Assembly (NCBI GenBank): GCA_009602735.1 | Contig: WELA01001243.1 | Coordinates: forward strand, 124,445 to 188,444 | Origin: Mesotaenium endlicherianum | Lineage: Eukaryota | DNA: 64,000 nt | Direction of reading: 5' to 3' | Shown: positions 63,601 through 64,000 of the stretch, piece after piece | Numbering within the stretch: position 1 is the stretch's first letter | Layout of the letters: each line of letters opens with the position of its first letter | Made by a program: the position numbers and the translations under genes | The notes under the pieces: model-generated | Told to the model about the DNA's origin: nothing | The model's database searches: none | Seen by the model: only the letters and a program-made list of their open reading frames with translations

Positions 63601-64000
63601 GAAGCAGCTCAGCGGGTACGGCCATGGCCTGAGGAGAGCGCGGAGCGGCGCTGAGCTTCTCTCGCCCCTCAGTCCAGATGCGGCCAGCCCCCCCCCCTCG
63701 TTTAACCCCTCCAGCGGCCCCTCTCCCTCTGTGCTGGACTTGCGGGTGTTGCTGGCATCCCCACAGAGGCCCCGGCCGCCCAACAGGACGCACGAGAGGG
63801 GCCCCCTGGGATGGGTGAGGGGGTCCGAAGAGCTGCTGCCCAACGTGCCTGGCAGCCGCCAAACTAGCCCCAGCCACACGCCCCTTTCCTCCAGCGGTCA
63901 CGGCAGCCCGAGACAGCAAGGAGGGGTGGGCGGCAGCAGCAGCCAGTGGGGCAGCCCCACAGTCCGCTCGGGGGGCAGCTCCCACCAGACGAGCCCCAGC
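60687..64000 (+). CDS. Family I soluble inorganic pyrophosphatase-like protein lacking catalytic residues, with long C-terminal extension; 3' end outside window
   Basis: Exon 60687-61314: SPWHDI, EEPFTPLK, WNCGFLPQT, VIDIG, VKPLAALA, WKIVGI...DP, DVEKH. Phase-1 intron to exon 62817-64000: EGKGGMFWMNERPANVEVALTIVAHAHMAWKVL matches the PPase C-terminal helix; frame is open to the window end. Confidence 0.82.

Noticed and set aside
62572..63985. Long minus-strand ORFs (329 and 209 aa)
   Set aside because: Shadows of the open plus-strand PPase-like exon.

Overview
Eukaryotic genomic DNA. Spliceosomal GT-AG introns, a plastid-targeted gene and iMet-primed chromoviruses point to a green alga, probably a streptophyte alga (inference). 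Host genes lie only at the edges: a multi-exon MFS transporter (minus) head-to-head with a plastid DUF3082-like gene (plus) at 0-5.6 kb, and a catalytically dead-looking family-I pyrophosphatase homologue with a long disordered tail from 60.7 kb. The central ~50 kb is a nested LTR-retrotransposon cluster built from at least five LTR families, named A-E here. Highlights: (1) a decayed Ty3/Gypsy-type element with the order gag-protease-C5 cytosine DNA methyltransferase-RT-RNaseH-integrase-PHD finger, plus a second, divergent protease-DNMT fragment; (2) a near-intact chromovirus (family A, TSD TAATT) with a classic -1 frameshift signal and an extra ~560-codon ORF after pol, preceded by a small intron that is conserved between divergent copies; (3) a second chromovirus (family B, TSD TGAGG); (4) a solo LTR carrying a tRNA-like Pol III promoter, an inverted LTR pair, and recurrent C>T decay. 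All domain calls are by eye from motifs; no searches were run.
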